In this document: one piece after another, positions 24,750 to 38,000 of the stretch
Position numbering within the stretch: the stretch's first letter is position 1
Layout of the letters: the number at the start of each line of letters is the position of its first letter
From: Oculina patagonica
Lineage: Eukaryota
Direction: 5' to 3'
Assembly: GCF_052425735.1 (NCBI RefSeq)
Contig: NC_135767.1
Coordinates: 6,820,001 to 6,884,000 of the forward strand
Length of the DNA stretch: 64,000 bases
Program-made: the position numbers and the translations under genes
Notes under the pieces: generated by a model
Databases searched by the model: none
The model's input: only the letters and a program-made list of their open reading frames with translations
Told to the model about the DNA's origin: nothing

Positions 24750-26832
24750 CTCAAATTTGGATAAAGCTGGACAAAGCAGTGCCAACACAGAATTCAAGGA
24801 GAGGCAACTTGTAAACACTGCGCTTACTAGTACAATGAATATAAGCGGAAGCAAGCCTGCTATTCACAGCAAAAGCAGAATGGCGAAAATTTGCCTGTTA
24901 AAAATTAACTTATTCTCAGAAAATTTTCCAAGAATTTTGCCGATTGACTAGATTGTCCAATCACGAGGCAGGATTAAATGTGGTGACATGCATCGAGAAA
25001 TATTCAACCTGGGACACTTGACTGATGAGAAATTCAAAATATTTTTTCTAATGTGGAATTGGTTAGATCAGAAATGATAAACGTTAGTAATAAGTAGAAA
25101 TTCTTAGAAATTTTTCCAAGAATTTTGCCGATTGACTAGATTGTCCAATCACGAGGCAGAATTATGTGTTGACATGCATCGATAAATATTAAAACCTGGG
25201 GCACTTAACTGTTGAGAAATTCAAAGTATTTTTTCTAATTTGAAATTAGTTAGATAAGAAATAAAAAACCTTAATGAAATCCCTTAAAACTTAAAATAAA
25301 AAGAACTTTATAATGTTTCAATTCCTTTAAGGCCAAAGAGCCATGAGAATCTGTGGAGCCGATATAAAAGAGATATTGCCACATGGAAGCAGGTTAAACT
25401 ACATTGGACCTTAAAAATGGACAAAGGAACCTTTTGACATATTAGATTTCAAGGCAAAATAGAATCTCCGAGGACATGAATCGAGAAATATTCAACCTGG
25501 GGCACTTGACTGTTGAGACAATCAAAATATTTTTTTCTAATGTGAAATCGGTTAGATCAGAAATGATAAACGTTAATGAAATCCCTTAAAAGTTCAAATA
25601 AAAGGCACCTTATAATATTTCAATTCCTTCAAGGCAGAATGGTCATGAAATCTGTGGAGCCTATATAAAAGACATTTTTCCAAATGGAAGCAGGTAAAAC
25701 TACATTGGACCTTAATAAACGGATAAAGGAACCTTTTAAGATATTAGATTTCAACGTAAAGTAGAATCCCGAGGATCTTCGCGAAAATATATTTTCTGTC
25801 TCTTTTTTATTTGCTATCGGCTTTCACATAAGGAATAAGGCTTTTGATACAAATCATCGTGGTTTCCAAATACCTTTTTTTAGACATTCAGAAAGGTTCC
25901 AGTTTAGTGGGGAAATTATTTTTAGCAAGTTAAAATGTTTCAGGTATATCCGATCCGATAGATCTAAAAAATAGGTTTTAATCTTCCGACTAATCGAAAT
26001 ACCCAGGTCTCTGTGAGAATTATGTTTTAAAATTCAGTTGTAATGAAGGAAATTGCGTTTTTAACATCTTAATACAACCAAATGGGAGCAGATTATATAT
26101 TGTTCGACTTCAAACAATGGACAAAAAAATCTTCTACGTGATTTGATAACAAGTTTGGGAGGAATTTCTAAGGAGCTTCTGAGAAAGCGTATTTTCTTTT
26201 AATTTTCTTCTAACAATCTTAACCTTGCTTTTTGATATGTTCAGACTTTTATAAAGAAAAAGAAAAATCAGTTTTATGTCCTTGATAGGTTAACTGAATT
26301 GAAATCTAATTAATAATCACAAACGAAATTAACACATGTAATAAAGCCAGCCGAATAAATTAAGTTCGACATATATACTTGTTTATTGTTCTTATTTTCG
26401 AGAAAATAAACAATTTGATTAAAGTTGGCATGAGAGTTTCTCAATCTTTCCATTGTAAACTAGATTGTCGTATCACACAGGCTGTCTATTGGCTCGAGGA
26501 CGGTTCATTCTTTGACATTCAAATTCTGCTTTATATGATTATGTACATTTTAAAAAGAAAACAAATTTGGCGCGCCCTTGCTAACGCCATTCCTTAGCAC
26601 TGATTCACTGAAGTTTAACTTGAATAATGCACCTGCGATATATTTAAAGTAGATTTAAACATGACCTGACAACATGGCAATTAAAAATAACTGAAAGTTG
26701 AACAAAATTTGGTGAAAAGGGCCACAATGTATTAGGATTGTCGATCGGTATCTAGATACAGTTTTTCGTTATAGTGGGTTAATTGTGTGCTGGTTGTTTT
26801 TTGTATCATACAAGACAAGTTTTGTCTCTTAC

Positions 26833-26926
26833 CATTCTTGTTTTCGAGTCTTTCAGCCACAACACTGGACATCATGAGTACAATAACAAGCAGAGAGGGT
26901 AAAATCTTCACATCGAACGTTTCCAT
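26833..26926 (-). CDS. Leader exon cassette D (candidate alternative first exon)
   Basis: METFDVKILPSLLVIVLMMSSVVAERLENKN+G, 94 nt, donor gtaaga, phase 1. Confidence 0.6.
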
Positions 26927-28529
26927 CTCAATTTGAGAAAGTGCGGGATAAATCTGTGCCAACACAGAATTCAAGGAGAAGCAAGTCTGGAATTCACAGC
27001 CAAGGCACAATAGGGCAACGTTACCGTAATAAAAATTACCTTATGCTCAGAAATGTTTCGAGAATTTGGACGATTGAATGGATTGTCCAATTACGCGTTA
27101 GGATTACGTCATCGTTAAATTTCAACCGGAGTACTTCACTATTCAAAAATGCAAAATATTTCCTCTAATGTGGAACTGACTCAATCAGAAATGATGAACG
27201 TTTGTAAAATCCCTTAAAACGTATAAGGAAGAGCAGTTTTTAAGATTTTCGATTTGTTTAAGGCCAAAAGGAATGAAGAGAATCTGAAGCCTATAATAAA
27301 GACATCTTACCAAATGGAAGCAGGTTGAATTATATTAGAACTCAATAAACGAACAAAGAAGCCTTTTAAGATATTAGATTTCAAGGCAGTTTATGATCTC
27401 GGTGTAGCTTATGCGAAAATGAATTTTCTGTCTCTTTTTCTATATTAATCGGTTTTCACATGAGCAGACTTATATAAAACGAAAGCCACCGCCAATGTTA
27501 AAGACGACAATCTTATGACATGGGACATGGGATTAGGCTTACAGTTATATAGCCTTCTACCGACATTCAAAATAGTCTCTGGTGTGGTGGGAAAATTATT
27601 TCTATCAATTTAAAATATTCAAGATGAAAACTGATTTAAATTTAAATCATTTTGTTATAGTTTAAAATGAATTTCAGGTTAAAATCATATCTAGAGATTG
27701 TTTTTTTTTGTTCAGTTTGTTCAGTGTTTATTTAAGGATTATGCTAATAAATATGGGACAAAAGAACACAAATCAATCGTATTTGAAATTATTTTCACTA
27801 ATAGAAGCTGTTTTTTTTTCTCGAAAGTCAGTACGAGGTTTTTTTATTCAGGTAACTACTCGAAATACCCAGCTCTCTGAGAAAATTATGACTGGAACTT
27901 AGCTGAATTTTTGGAAATTGCAATTTTTTAACATCAAAACACCAAATGGTGGCAGGTTAGACTTTGTTTGACTTCAAACAATAGACAAGAAAATCCTTTT
28001 AAGCTATTGGATTTCAAGATAAGGAGCTTCTTACAAAGTTTATTTTTCTGTTTATTTTTATTGCGTGTAAAAATACATGGAACTTTAATTTCTGTCACTC
28101 ATTCGCTCGCTATAATGTTGGCTAATTTGATAAGATTTGTCACTTGTCAATCTTTTAACAGTCACCTTCATTTTAATATGTTCATTGTTCACATCAGGGC
28201 TTATCATTTTCATCTTTTCGCTACCATATATACCCGTTTTGCACAATGCCCTTTTAATCCTTATTTTGGGAAAGAGTAACATTTTTTCAAACGTCCGTAG
28301 TAAAGATGTCAGCTTTGTCAACAAAGTTTTATATGGGGAAGCTCTGCCACAGGGTCCAAACCTTTACCCCTTTAAGAAATTTTAAGAGGTTTAAAGAAGG
28401 GATTGGAGGAAGAAAAAACATTTCAAACACCACCAGACAGTTGACCCCCACGCAAGAGCACTCCAGGTTGTCAGGGGACTAACTGGTGTCCGTCTACCAA
28501 TTTCTAATTTAAAAATCACATTTTATCTC

Positions 28530-28745
28530 CAATATTTCTTATTTCTTTAAATTTTACTAATCCTTTGAGAAAAACTATCTCCTCCCCACATCCCCGAAAA
28601 TCACCCAAAACTTTACAAAACGCAGCAAAACATAGACATATAGGATAATGAAACCGTTTTTGGATTCCTTTCACAGCGAACGAGATATTTCCGTTAAACC
28701 CATGTTAAGCGGTGAAAAAACGGCCTTCAGGTATAATCCCCCCTT
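28530..28745 (+). repeat. Dispersed repeat fragment inserted in the left IR arm only
   Basis: Aligns with 61630-61840 (..ccgaaaatc..aaaacataga..taaacccatgttaag..). Missing from the right arm near 33530-33570. Confidence 0.6.
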
Positions 28746-29774
28746 AATATACCTCCCATAGAAAATGGTTAACCTTTCAGGCACCTGAAGTAAAAATACT
28801 ACATCTCTTTTCTAAACTTTTCACTTGAGCAATCCCTTTAAATATTTTACCTACAATAGATAAATAAGACGTTCGGTGCTTCTGTTCGAGATAGTTTGAA
28901 CGTCCTTTTAAATACCAAAATGACAGTTTTCCTACCCTTTTTATACTTAAACGTGTGATATCCTTACCCTTTTCTATACCTCCAGCTAGTCTTAAAAGAG
29001 TATACCACTTTGAGACGGAGCCTTCCCGTAAGCGGTACCGTAAATGTTGAAAATTGTAATTCGATTAATCAAGAAATCGTCAGATGTCATTTGTCAGTTC
29101 TACTGACATTAAAATTTAGGATGTTATCCAGTTGTCAGGAAACTCTTGCCAAACCGTTCGCTAGTGTTGGAAATTATTAATGTTTCTCGGTAAAGAATAT
29201 TTCATTAACTTGAAGGGATACAAAAAAACTTCAAAAAGAATTCAATTTGAAAACTTGGACGATGCGGTATTATTATCAGATGTCAGTAATTTTTTTGCTA
29301 TTTGCAAGTAGTCAGTAAAAATATTGACCGTTTATCTGAACTGGATGTTAACTTATTTTGCTTTTTGTCATTAGTTGTCGGTTAGAATGTTCTCCTTTTC
29401 TGCTATCAATCAGAACTTTTTGTCCACCGTCAGTTGTCAGTAAGGAATTTGAAGTCTTGACATGATAACTTTTTAAGTGAGCTTTTCATGAAAAATCTTT
29501 AAATAAGAAAGTATCTGCTACGGTATTTATGATGTACATTATTTCTTTGAAAGTTTTTATATGAGTTTATAGAAATTATATTTTGTAAGTATTATTATTG
29601 TAAATAGGTGGATAAAGGATTATAAATAATTACGAGAAACAACCGAAGACTTGATCAAAAGTAGGTAAAAAGGTTTCTGGTGATAAGAGTCGTTAATAGT
29701 TTTCCTTTGCCAAACCTAGGTTGTGGGCTAGTAGGTTCTTGTATCATACACTGAGATAAGTTTCTGTCTCTTAC

Positions 29775-29868
29775 CAATCTTGTTTTCAAGTTTTTCAGCC
29801 ACAACAGTGGACGTCATCAGAACAATAACAAGCAGAGAGGGCAACATCTTAGCAACGAACGCTTCCAT
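29775..29868 (-). CDS. Leader exon cassette E (candidate alternative first exon)
   Basis: MEAFVAKMLPSLLVIVLMTSTVVAEKLENKI+G, 94 nt, donor gtaaga, phase 1. Confidence 0.6.
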
Positions 29869-32254
29869 CTCAAATTTGAGAAAGTCAGGTTAAACACGGA
29901 ATTTAAGGAGAGACAGGCTTGCAACCTACAGCCAAGGCCAAGGTAGAATAGGGCAAATTTACTTTGTTAAAAATTAACTTATGGCCAATTAAGAATTTAG
30001 CCGGTTGACCAAACTGTCCAATCACAAGGCAGGATTGTGTGTCGACAGTTTGTCTTTTAACTTCAACCGGAGTACTTCACAATTGAAAATATTTTCTTTA
30101 ACGTGGAATTTACTTAATCAGAAATGATAAACATTATTTTTCAAAGTCCCTTGAAACGTCAAAGAGAAGAGAACGCCTGCAAGTCACAGCCAAGTTAAGC
30201 AGAATGGCGCGAATTTATCTAGTTAATTGTGTTAAATTCGTTTGTGATTAATTAATTGATTTCGAATGAGTTAACCCATCAACAAGGACGTCATAAAACT
30301 GATGTTTCTTTTTTTCTAAATAAAAGTCTGAACATATCAAACAGCAAGGTTAAGATTGTTGGCAGAAAACTTGAAAGCAAAATACGCTTTTCGAAGCTCC
30401 TTAAAAATTCCACCTTGCCTTGAAATCTAATAGCGTAAAAGATTTTCCTCGTCTTAGATAAAGACGAACAAAGCTTAACCTGCTCCGAATCCCATTGTTA
30501 AAACGTCTTTAACATGCACTTAGCGGCTGCTTTGTTTCGATAATTTTAATTTTTATTTTCCGTCCGCATTTCCACCATACAGCCAAAATTCCCCTACTGG
30601 ATAGCTGGATTTTTCGGATTGTTCAAGGTTCACATGGTTCGCACAGTCTTGAAAAGCCGTTACATGAAAAGTTTGGCTGTCTTCTTGAAACGCCGTTGAA
30701 TATGACAATGTCCTTGAAAAGTACTTGAACTTTTGAATGAGTGTTGAAAAGTCCTCGAAATTTGAAACGGCATTCTCTTGTTTTCCATACAGTCCTTAAT
30801 ATATTTTTACTCTGTTTTTACCATTATTAAGTAACGAAACGTACAGAATGCTTATATGTACTTCATCTTCGGATTTACGAATAACTTGTCGAAAGCCAAC
30901 ATCTTTCTTCAGATCTTCGGATAAATTTCTTTCTTTCCCAAACTAGGGATAAGAGGGCGAAGTGCAAATCGCACATGGGATTTCCCAGTGACAGACAGTT
31001 AACCTTCTTATACCAATGTATGTTTACACGAGTTAAAAATGGACAGAAAATAAACTTTGTCAAAAGCGCAATAAAAATTCAGCTATAACTTGAAATCTAT
31101 TAGCTTCAAAGGTTTCCTTTGTCTATTGTCTGCAGACGAACAAAGTTTACCTGCTCCCGGCCAATTGCCTATGAGATGTTAAAAATTGCAATTTCGTTCA
31201 TTCCAACTGATATCCACCAATAATTCTCTTAGAGAACTGGGTATTTCAATTAGTTAAAGTTAAAACCTTTTATTTTCTAAAAAAACACAGTCAACTTCTG
31301 AAATTTACCTTGAATATTTTAAATTGCTTAAGAGGATATTGTTCTCCCACTACTGAGAAACTATTTTTTGAATGCCTGAAGAAGGATATTTCTCTAAGAC
31401 ATCCCGCTATCCCGTGACCCATGTCATAAAATCATCGTCTTTAACATTGGTAGACATAATTTTGCTCATGTGAAATCTGATTGATAGAAGAAATGATGGA
31501 GAAATTTTCATTTTCCCAGAAGCTACTCGCAGATCATGTTTTTCGCCTTGAAATCTAATATCTTAAAAGATTTCTTTGTTCGTTTATTGAGGTCAATATA
31601 GTTCAACCTGCTTCCATATGGAAAGATGTCTTTTTTATTCACTTAATATTTTCTTGATCCCTTTTGTCGTAACGAAATTGAAAATTTACAAATAAACTAC
31701 TCTTCATGTTGAGGTTTTACGGGACTTAACAAATATTTATCATTTCTGATCCAGTCAATTCCATATTAGTGGAAATATTTTGAATTTCTTGACCGTGAAT
31801 GAACTCCGGTATCAAGTATATCGAAATATTGTCAACACATATAGCCCTATCGCTTGATTGGACAATCTAGCCATAAGTTAATTTTTAACCAGTTAAATTC
31901 GCGCCATTCTGCTTAACTTGGCTGTGAGTTGCAGGGTTTCTCTTCATTTTGACGTTTTAAGGAACTTTACAAAATAATGTTTACCATTTCTGATCATGTA
32001 AATTCCACATAAAAGAAAATATTTTCAATTCCTTCAAAGTGAAGTACTCCGGTTAAAGTTTAACGACAAATTGTCGACACACAATCCTCCCCCGTGATTG
32101 GAAAGTCTAGTCAACCGTCCAAATTCTTAATTGGCCATAAGTTAATTTTTAACAAAGTAAATTTGCCCTATTCTGCCTTGGCTGCGGGTTGCAGGCTTGT
32201 CTCTCCTTAAATTCCGTGTTGGCGCAGTTTTAACCTGACTTTCTCAAATTTGAG

Positions 32255-32348
32255 ATGGAAGCATTCGTTGCTAAGATGTTGCCCTCTCTGCTTATTATTG
32301 TTCTTATGACGTTCAGTGTCATGACTGAAAGACTTAAAAAGAAGAATG
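32255..32348 (+). CDS. Leader exon cassette F (candidate alternative first exon of nuclease R)
   Basis: MEAFVAKMLPSLLIIVLMTFSVMTERLKKKN+G, 94 nt, donor gtaaga, phase 1. Confidence 0.62.
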
Positions 32349-34939
32349 GTAAGAAACAGAAACGTATCTTGTATAATATAAGAACCTAAACTAGCACACA
32401 ATCTAGGTTTGGCAAAGGAAAACTATATCGGGATACCGACGACTCTAATCACCAGAAATGCAACCTTTACAAGTACTTTTGATCAAGTCTTCAGTTGTTT
32501 CTCGTAATTATTTATAATTCTTTATTCATCTATTTGCAATGTTTCTTACAAAATATAGTTTCTATAAACTCAAATAAAACCTTACAAAGAAATAATGTAT
32601 ACCATTAATACCGTAGCAGATATTTTCTTATTTATAGATGTTTCTCGTTGCCAGTTTTTCGACATGTGCATGAACATACGAGGCAGGATCGGACGCAATA
32701 TACCTTTTTTGACCCTTTATGTGGTGAACACCTAGTTTCTTAAATTTAATTGCAATTTTAGTCGATCCATTACAAAACCATTATTTGTCCGCTCGAAGAA
32801 CGTTGTATTCCAAACAGATCTGACTAGAAATCTCGTTTTGATGAAAAGCTCACTTAAAACAATTATCGTGTCAAGACTTCAAATTCCTTACTGATAACTG
32901 ACGGTGGGCAAAACGTTTTGATTGATAGCAGAAAAGGAGAACATTTTAACCGACAATTAATTACAAAAAAACAAAATAATAAAAATCCAGTTCAGATAAA
33001 CGGTAAATATTTTTACTGACTTCTAACAAATGGCAAAACTTTACTGACAACTGATAATGATACCGGGTTGTCCTGGCTATCCAGGTTTTGAAATCGAATT
33101 ATTTTTAAAGTGTTTTTTGGATCCCTTCAAGTTAATGAGATGTTCTTTACCGAGAAACATTAATTATTACCAACACTAGAGAACGGTTTAGCTAGAGTAT
33201 GAATAACAACTGGTAAACAGTCAAAATAGCAAATGACATCTGACGATTTCTTGTTTAATCGAAATACGATTTTCAACATTTACGGTACCGCATAAGGGGA
33301 GGCTCTGTCTGAAAGTGGTATACCCTTTTAAGACTAGCTGGAGGTATAGAAAAGGGTAAGGATATCACACGTTTAAGTAGAGGAAAGGGTAAGGAAAACT
33401 GTCATTAAGTATTTAAAAGGACGTTCAAAATATTTCGAACAGATTCACCGAACGTCTGATTCATCTATTGTAAGTATTATATATTTTAAGGATTACTCAA
33501 GTGAAAAGTCTAGAAAAGAGATGTATGTCTACTTTTTCAAAAATGGTTCGTATATAATTTAAGGATTAAGGTTTGGATCCTGGGACGGAGCTTCCCCGTA
33601 TCATATATTGTTAAGAAAGCTGACATATTTACTACGGACAATTAAAAATGTTACTCATTCCCAGAGTAGGGATTAAAAGGACTAAAAGGGCATTGTGCAA
33701 AACGGGTATATATGGTAGCGAAAAGATGAAAATGATAAGCCCTGATGTGAACAATGAACATATTAAAATGAAGGTGACTGTTAAAAGATTGACGTGTGAC
33801 AAATCTTATCAAATTAGCCAACATTATAGCGAGCGAATGAGTGACAGAAATTAAAGTTCCAGGTATTTTTACACGTGATAAAAATGAACAGAAAAATAAA
33901 CTTTGTCAGAAGCTCCTTATCTTGAAATCCAATAGCTTAAAAGAATTTTCTTTTCTATTGTTTGAAGTCAAACAAAGTCTAACCCGCTCCCATTTGGTGT
34001 TTTGATGTTAAAAATTGCAACTTTTAAAACTTCAACCAAGATCCAATCACAATTCTCTTACAGAGCTGTGTATTTCGAGCAGTTACGATGGAAAAACCAC
34101 TTACTGACTTTCAATAAAAACCTGCTTCTAAAATATTTGTTGTAGTTTAAAATAAATTTCTGGTGATAATAATTTCAAACTAGTTTTATTTGTATTTTCC
34201 TTTGTTCCAGTTTTATTAACATAATCTTTAAACAAAGACAAATACAAATCTAACTTGGTTGAAATTATTTTGACCTAAAATCAATTTTAAACTATAACAA
34301 AATGATTTAAATTTAAATCAGGTTTCTTCTTGAATATTTTAAATTGATAGATCCCATGTCATAAAATCGTCGTCTTTAACATTGGGGGTCGCTTTCGTTT
34401 TATATAAGATTGCTCATGTGAAAACCGATTGATAGAGAAAAAGAGACAGAAAATTTACTTTAGCATAAGCTACTCCGAGATTATAAACCGCGTTGAAATC
34501 TAATGTCTCAAAAGGCTTCTTTGTCCGTTTATTGAGGTCTAATATCATTCAACCTGCTTCCATTTGGTAAGATGTCTTCAGACTCTCTTGATTCCTTTTG
34601 TATTGAACAAATTGAAAAACTTAAAAACTGCTCTTCCTTATTTTAAGGGATTTCTCAAGCGTTCCGTAATCATAATCCATTCGAGTCAGTTCCACATTAG
34701 AGGAAATAGTTTGCATTTTTGAACAGTGAAGTACTCCGACTGAAATTTAACGATGACATAATCCTAACGCGTAATTGGACAATCTATTCAATCGTTCAAA
34801 TTCTCGAAACATTTCTGGGCATAAGGTAATTTTTAATACGGTAACGTTGCCCTATTGTGCCTTGGCTGTGATTTGCAGGCTTGCCTCTCCTTGAATTCTG
34901 TGTTGGCATAGTTTTATCCGGCCCTTTCTCAAATTTGAG

Positions 34940-35033
34940 ATGGAAGCGTTCGTTGCTAAGATGTTGCTCTCTCTGCTTGTTATTGTACTGATGACGTCCA
35001 GTGTTGTGGCTGAAAGACTTGAAAACAAGAATG
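34940..35033 (+). CDS. Leader exon cassette G (proximal first exon of nuclease R)
   Basis: MEAFVAKMLLSLLVIVLMTSSVVAERLENKN+G, 94 nt, donor gtaaga; joins exon 36492 in frame. Confidence 0.82.
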
Positions 35034-38000
35034 GTAAGAGACAGAAACTTATCTTGTATGATACAAGAACTTGCTAGCACAAAATTAACCTAGATTGACA
35101 AAGGAAAAGCTGTTCAGTATCTTGATTTCGATCGACAATCCTAATACATTGTGGCCCTTTTTACCAAAATTTGTTCAATTTTCAGTTATTTTCAATTGCC
35201 ATGTTGTCATGTTTAAATCTACTTTAAATATATCGCAGTGGATTATATTTGAGGATAGAAAACTCGCCCTTTGACAAAAACGAAACAAACGAATCTTGCA
35301 TTTCGTTTTGCAATATCGAAAATTAGAGCCTAACTTAAAACAAATACTAGTGCAAAACTGGAATTTAATCTAACATCAACCATTTCTTCGATCAAAAATC
35401 CCCCTATTATTTCATACAAAAGGGGCAGATCCCTAAAAGATACACTCGTCTTTCTTTTCCAAATAAAAGTGTGAACATAATCTAAAGACGAACAAAGCTT
35501 AACCTGCTCCGATCCCACTGTTTAAACGCCTGTAACATGCACTTTTATGACTACTTAGATTGAGGGTAAAGTGAACGTGAACTCCTGAAAACCACTGAAA
35601 AACTTTTGTCAGTTAGTTTTTTTTTTACAATTGTAACACTAAAACTTTAAACTCGGCGAGGGAGTTTTTGTGTCGAATGAATCGCCTTAGTATAAGACGT
35701 GCACAGTTAGAAAAATTGGCTTAAATTTCTGAATAATGAAGTTCGGCTTATTTAATCGGAAAATTAATTATAATAAGATAAATTTGTCCAGAAGTTTATA
35801 GCGATCGTGGTGGCCGAAGATCGCTGCTATGGTTTTCGTATGATTGCCCTTGATTTAGTCAGCTTCGCGCATTTGTTGACGGTTGCACAAAAATATATTT
35901 TTAAGGTTCCGCTGCTGCTCTAGATCTTGGCTTAACTTTCAATTTATCGGTGGGTTTTAGAAACTTTGTGACGTGTTTTTGAATGCCGAACAGAAATCGA
36001 CCTTCGGCACATCATGATGATGCTCTGACAAACCAGATTACCGAAATATTGAGTCTATTTTTGGGCCACTGTTTTCCTTGTACAACGGACGACATGTCTG
36101 CATAATGAAGTAAAGGGTAATAAGGATAGTTTGCCAGCTACACTTCCTACTTCGTTTTTGCTCGACATTTTTAGCGAAATTCCCGGTATTTGGGTGTAGG
36201 CTTTACCTAAAGAAAAGGCTCTTGTTATATGACATTAATCTAACGCCCCCCTTTTTTTGTTTCGACGTGGGGCATGCGCTGTGAAGCCAGATTGAGAGTT
36301 ACCCAGAGTCTTTGGTCTTGCGGTGTCTTTGCTTCTAGCTCCCATCTGCTAATAATGGTTCCATTTAGGTTAAAATCGCTTTGTGAAGTAAATGGAGTGA
36401 CAACAAAAGAGAACATAGTGGTGACTGATTGCAAGACTGCGTGTATGAAAGATACTGAAAACATATTACTTACATTTTATTTGTCAACTAGGTAGCAGTG
36501 GTCGTACATTAAGCTCTAAGAACAACACTAGAGATGAATGCAACCAAGATGTCACAGGGATACGAAGAGTTGTTAAGTATTTTTTCAATATTCCTACCCA
36601 ACAATGCTACAGGCAGTTTTTTGTGGGCGGACTTCAACCAGTCGGTTTACGTAAACCCAACTATCCGGATATAAGATACATCTGTCAACCACCGACACCG
36701 ACTCGTCACCAGGATCCACAGCAGACCTACTACGCCACGATGTTCGATGAATATCATGGAATTGCGGTGTTTTCAGCCTACACTTTGACAAAGAAAAACG
36801 CAGTTTTTAAAACGTACCAAGGACAGCCGCCGGGATGGTGCCCAACCCCAGGTAACTTCTTTACATGCACGCAAAAAGACAATGTCCGTTTCTTTACTTT
36901 TTGACACTCTGGTCACTTCGAACCGTTAAATCAACGACATCCTGTTAATATAATGTCAGACCGTTAAAACTTAATATTGCAATATGTCATTGGTTTGTAG
37001 GGGCTTGCCTTTACACAAACATATAGTACTACTTTTGTGACAGAAGTTTATTCGAGGTTCCCCCCTCCTCGTTGCTTGAAAAGGTCCGTTCCGCAAAGAT
37101 AGAACATATGGCCCGCTTGCAAACCATTTTTATTGACGTTATATTTTTACAAAAATGACAGAATTTCCCAAACTTTTCGCATTTATTTCCCTTTTTTTCG
37201 TTTTTAGACTAGAATCAAAGGCAGAGCGTGACTCAAGAGATATCTCACATTGATTTCACCGTTTTCAATGTCGTGGAACAAATTTACTGAAGGACGAGTT
37301 CTGAAAAGTAATGAAGGATAGCCTAAAGCAAATCATCCAATTCTTGTATTCAAATCTCAGTTCTAAAGCTATTAGCATCAGCATCGTGCAACTGCAATTG
37401 AGCTTCGTGCGAGTACGTAGCGATAGGTAAAGCCGCATGTCTGGCGCTTGGCCAACCTCAGTTGTGCATCTTCACATCCATTATGATTCTTCTGTGTACC
37501 TTAACATAGTAGCAGACTGTCAAGCTCGCTTACACCCCAGCAGATTATAACTGTAGACTATGGCTGTTGCGGCGTAGCTAAACTATATTTCCACAAGTTG
37601 CTCGGCAACTATTTGGCAACTTTGCATCTTTCGAGCAACTTTTTTTCCTTTAGAGCAACTTTTTGCAATTTCAAGTCCGAAGATTGTCTGAGTGTTATTC
37701 GAAGACCATACGAATGTTTCCGAGCATTTTCGAACTTTTCGGAAGATTAACGAAATTTGCCGAAGATTTCCGAGGAAGTTCAGAGGATGCTTCAACTTTT
37801 GGATCATTCAGCATTAAAAACTCGTCAGGAAACATGACGTCTGTCGGGAACCCTTCATACTAGTCATGTGACTGGCAAACGCAAAAAAGACAAGTTCGTT
37901 TATTTAGAAATGAATGAAAATTAGCGCAATTCTCTGTTGTGTAATGTTAGAATTTAGGTGCTGTTAAAAATTAAAAAAAGTGAAGGAGAAGGCATTTTCG

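Larger units (their letters stand above)
20975..27250 (+). repeat. ~3 kb direct tandem duplication (unit 1 ~20975-23910 carrying cassettes A+B; unit 2 ~23915-27250 carrying C+D)
   Basis: Colinear matches, e.g. 21390-21450 vs 24380-24440, 22550-23130 vs 25890-26480, 23700-23905 vs 27035-27245. Confidence 0.85.
26630..35240. repeat. Large imperfect inverted repeat: arms ~26630-30226 and ~31886-35240, spacer ~1.65 kb
   Basis: Reverse-complement matches: 26640-26745/35130-35240, 28000-28330/33600-33940 (nearly the same spurious ORF ...KRALCKTGIYGSEK... on opposite strands), 28800-29700/32460-33520, 30170-30226/31886-31940. Cassette D pairs with G and E with F. Confidence 0.9.

Noticed and set aside
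28085-33854. Twin ORFs ...KRALCKTGIYGSEKMKMISPDV... (28085-28324 minus, 33648-33854 plus) as a conserved small gene
   Set aside because: The similarity is explained by the inverted repeat. The starts differ, and there is no splice or homology support.
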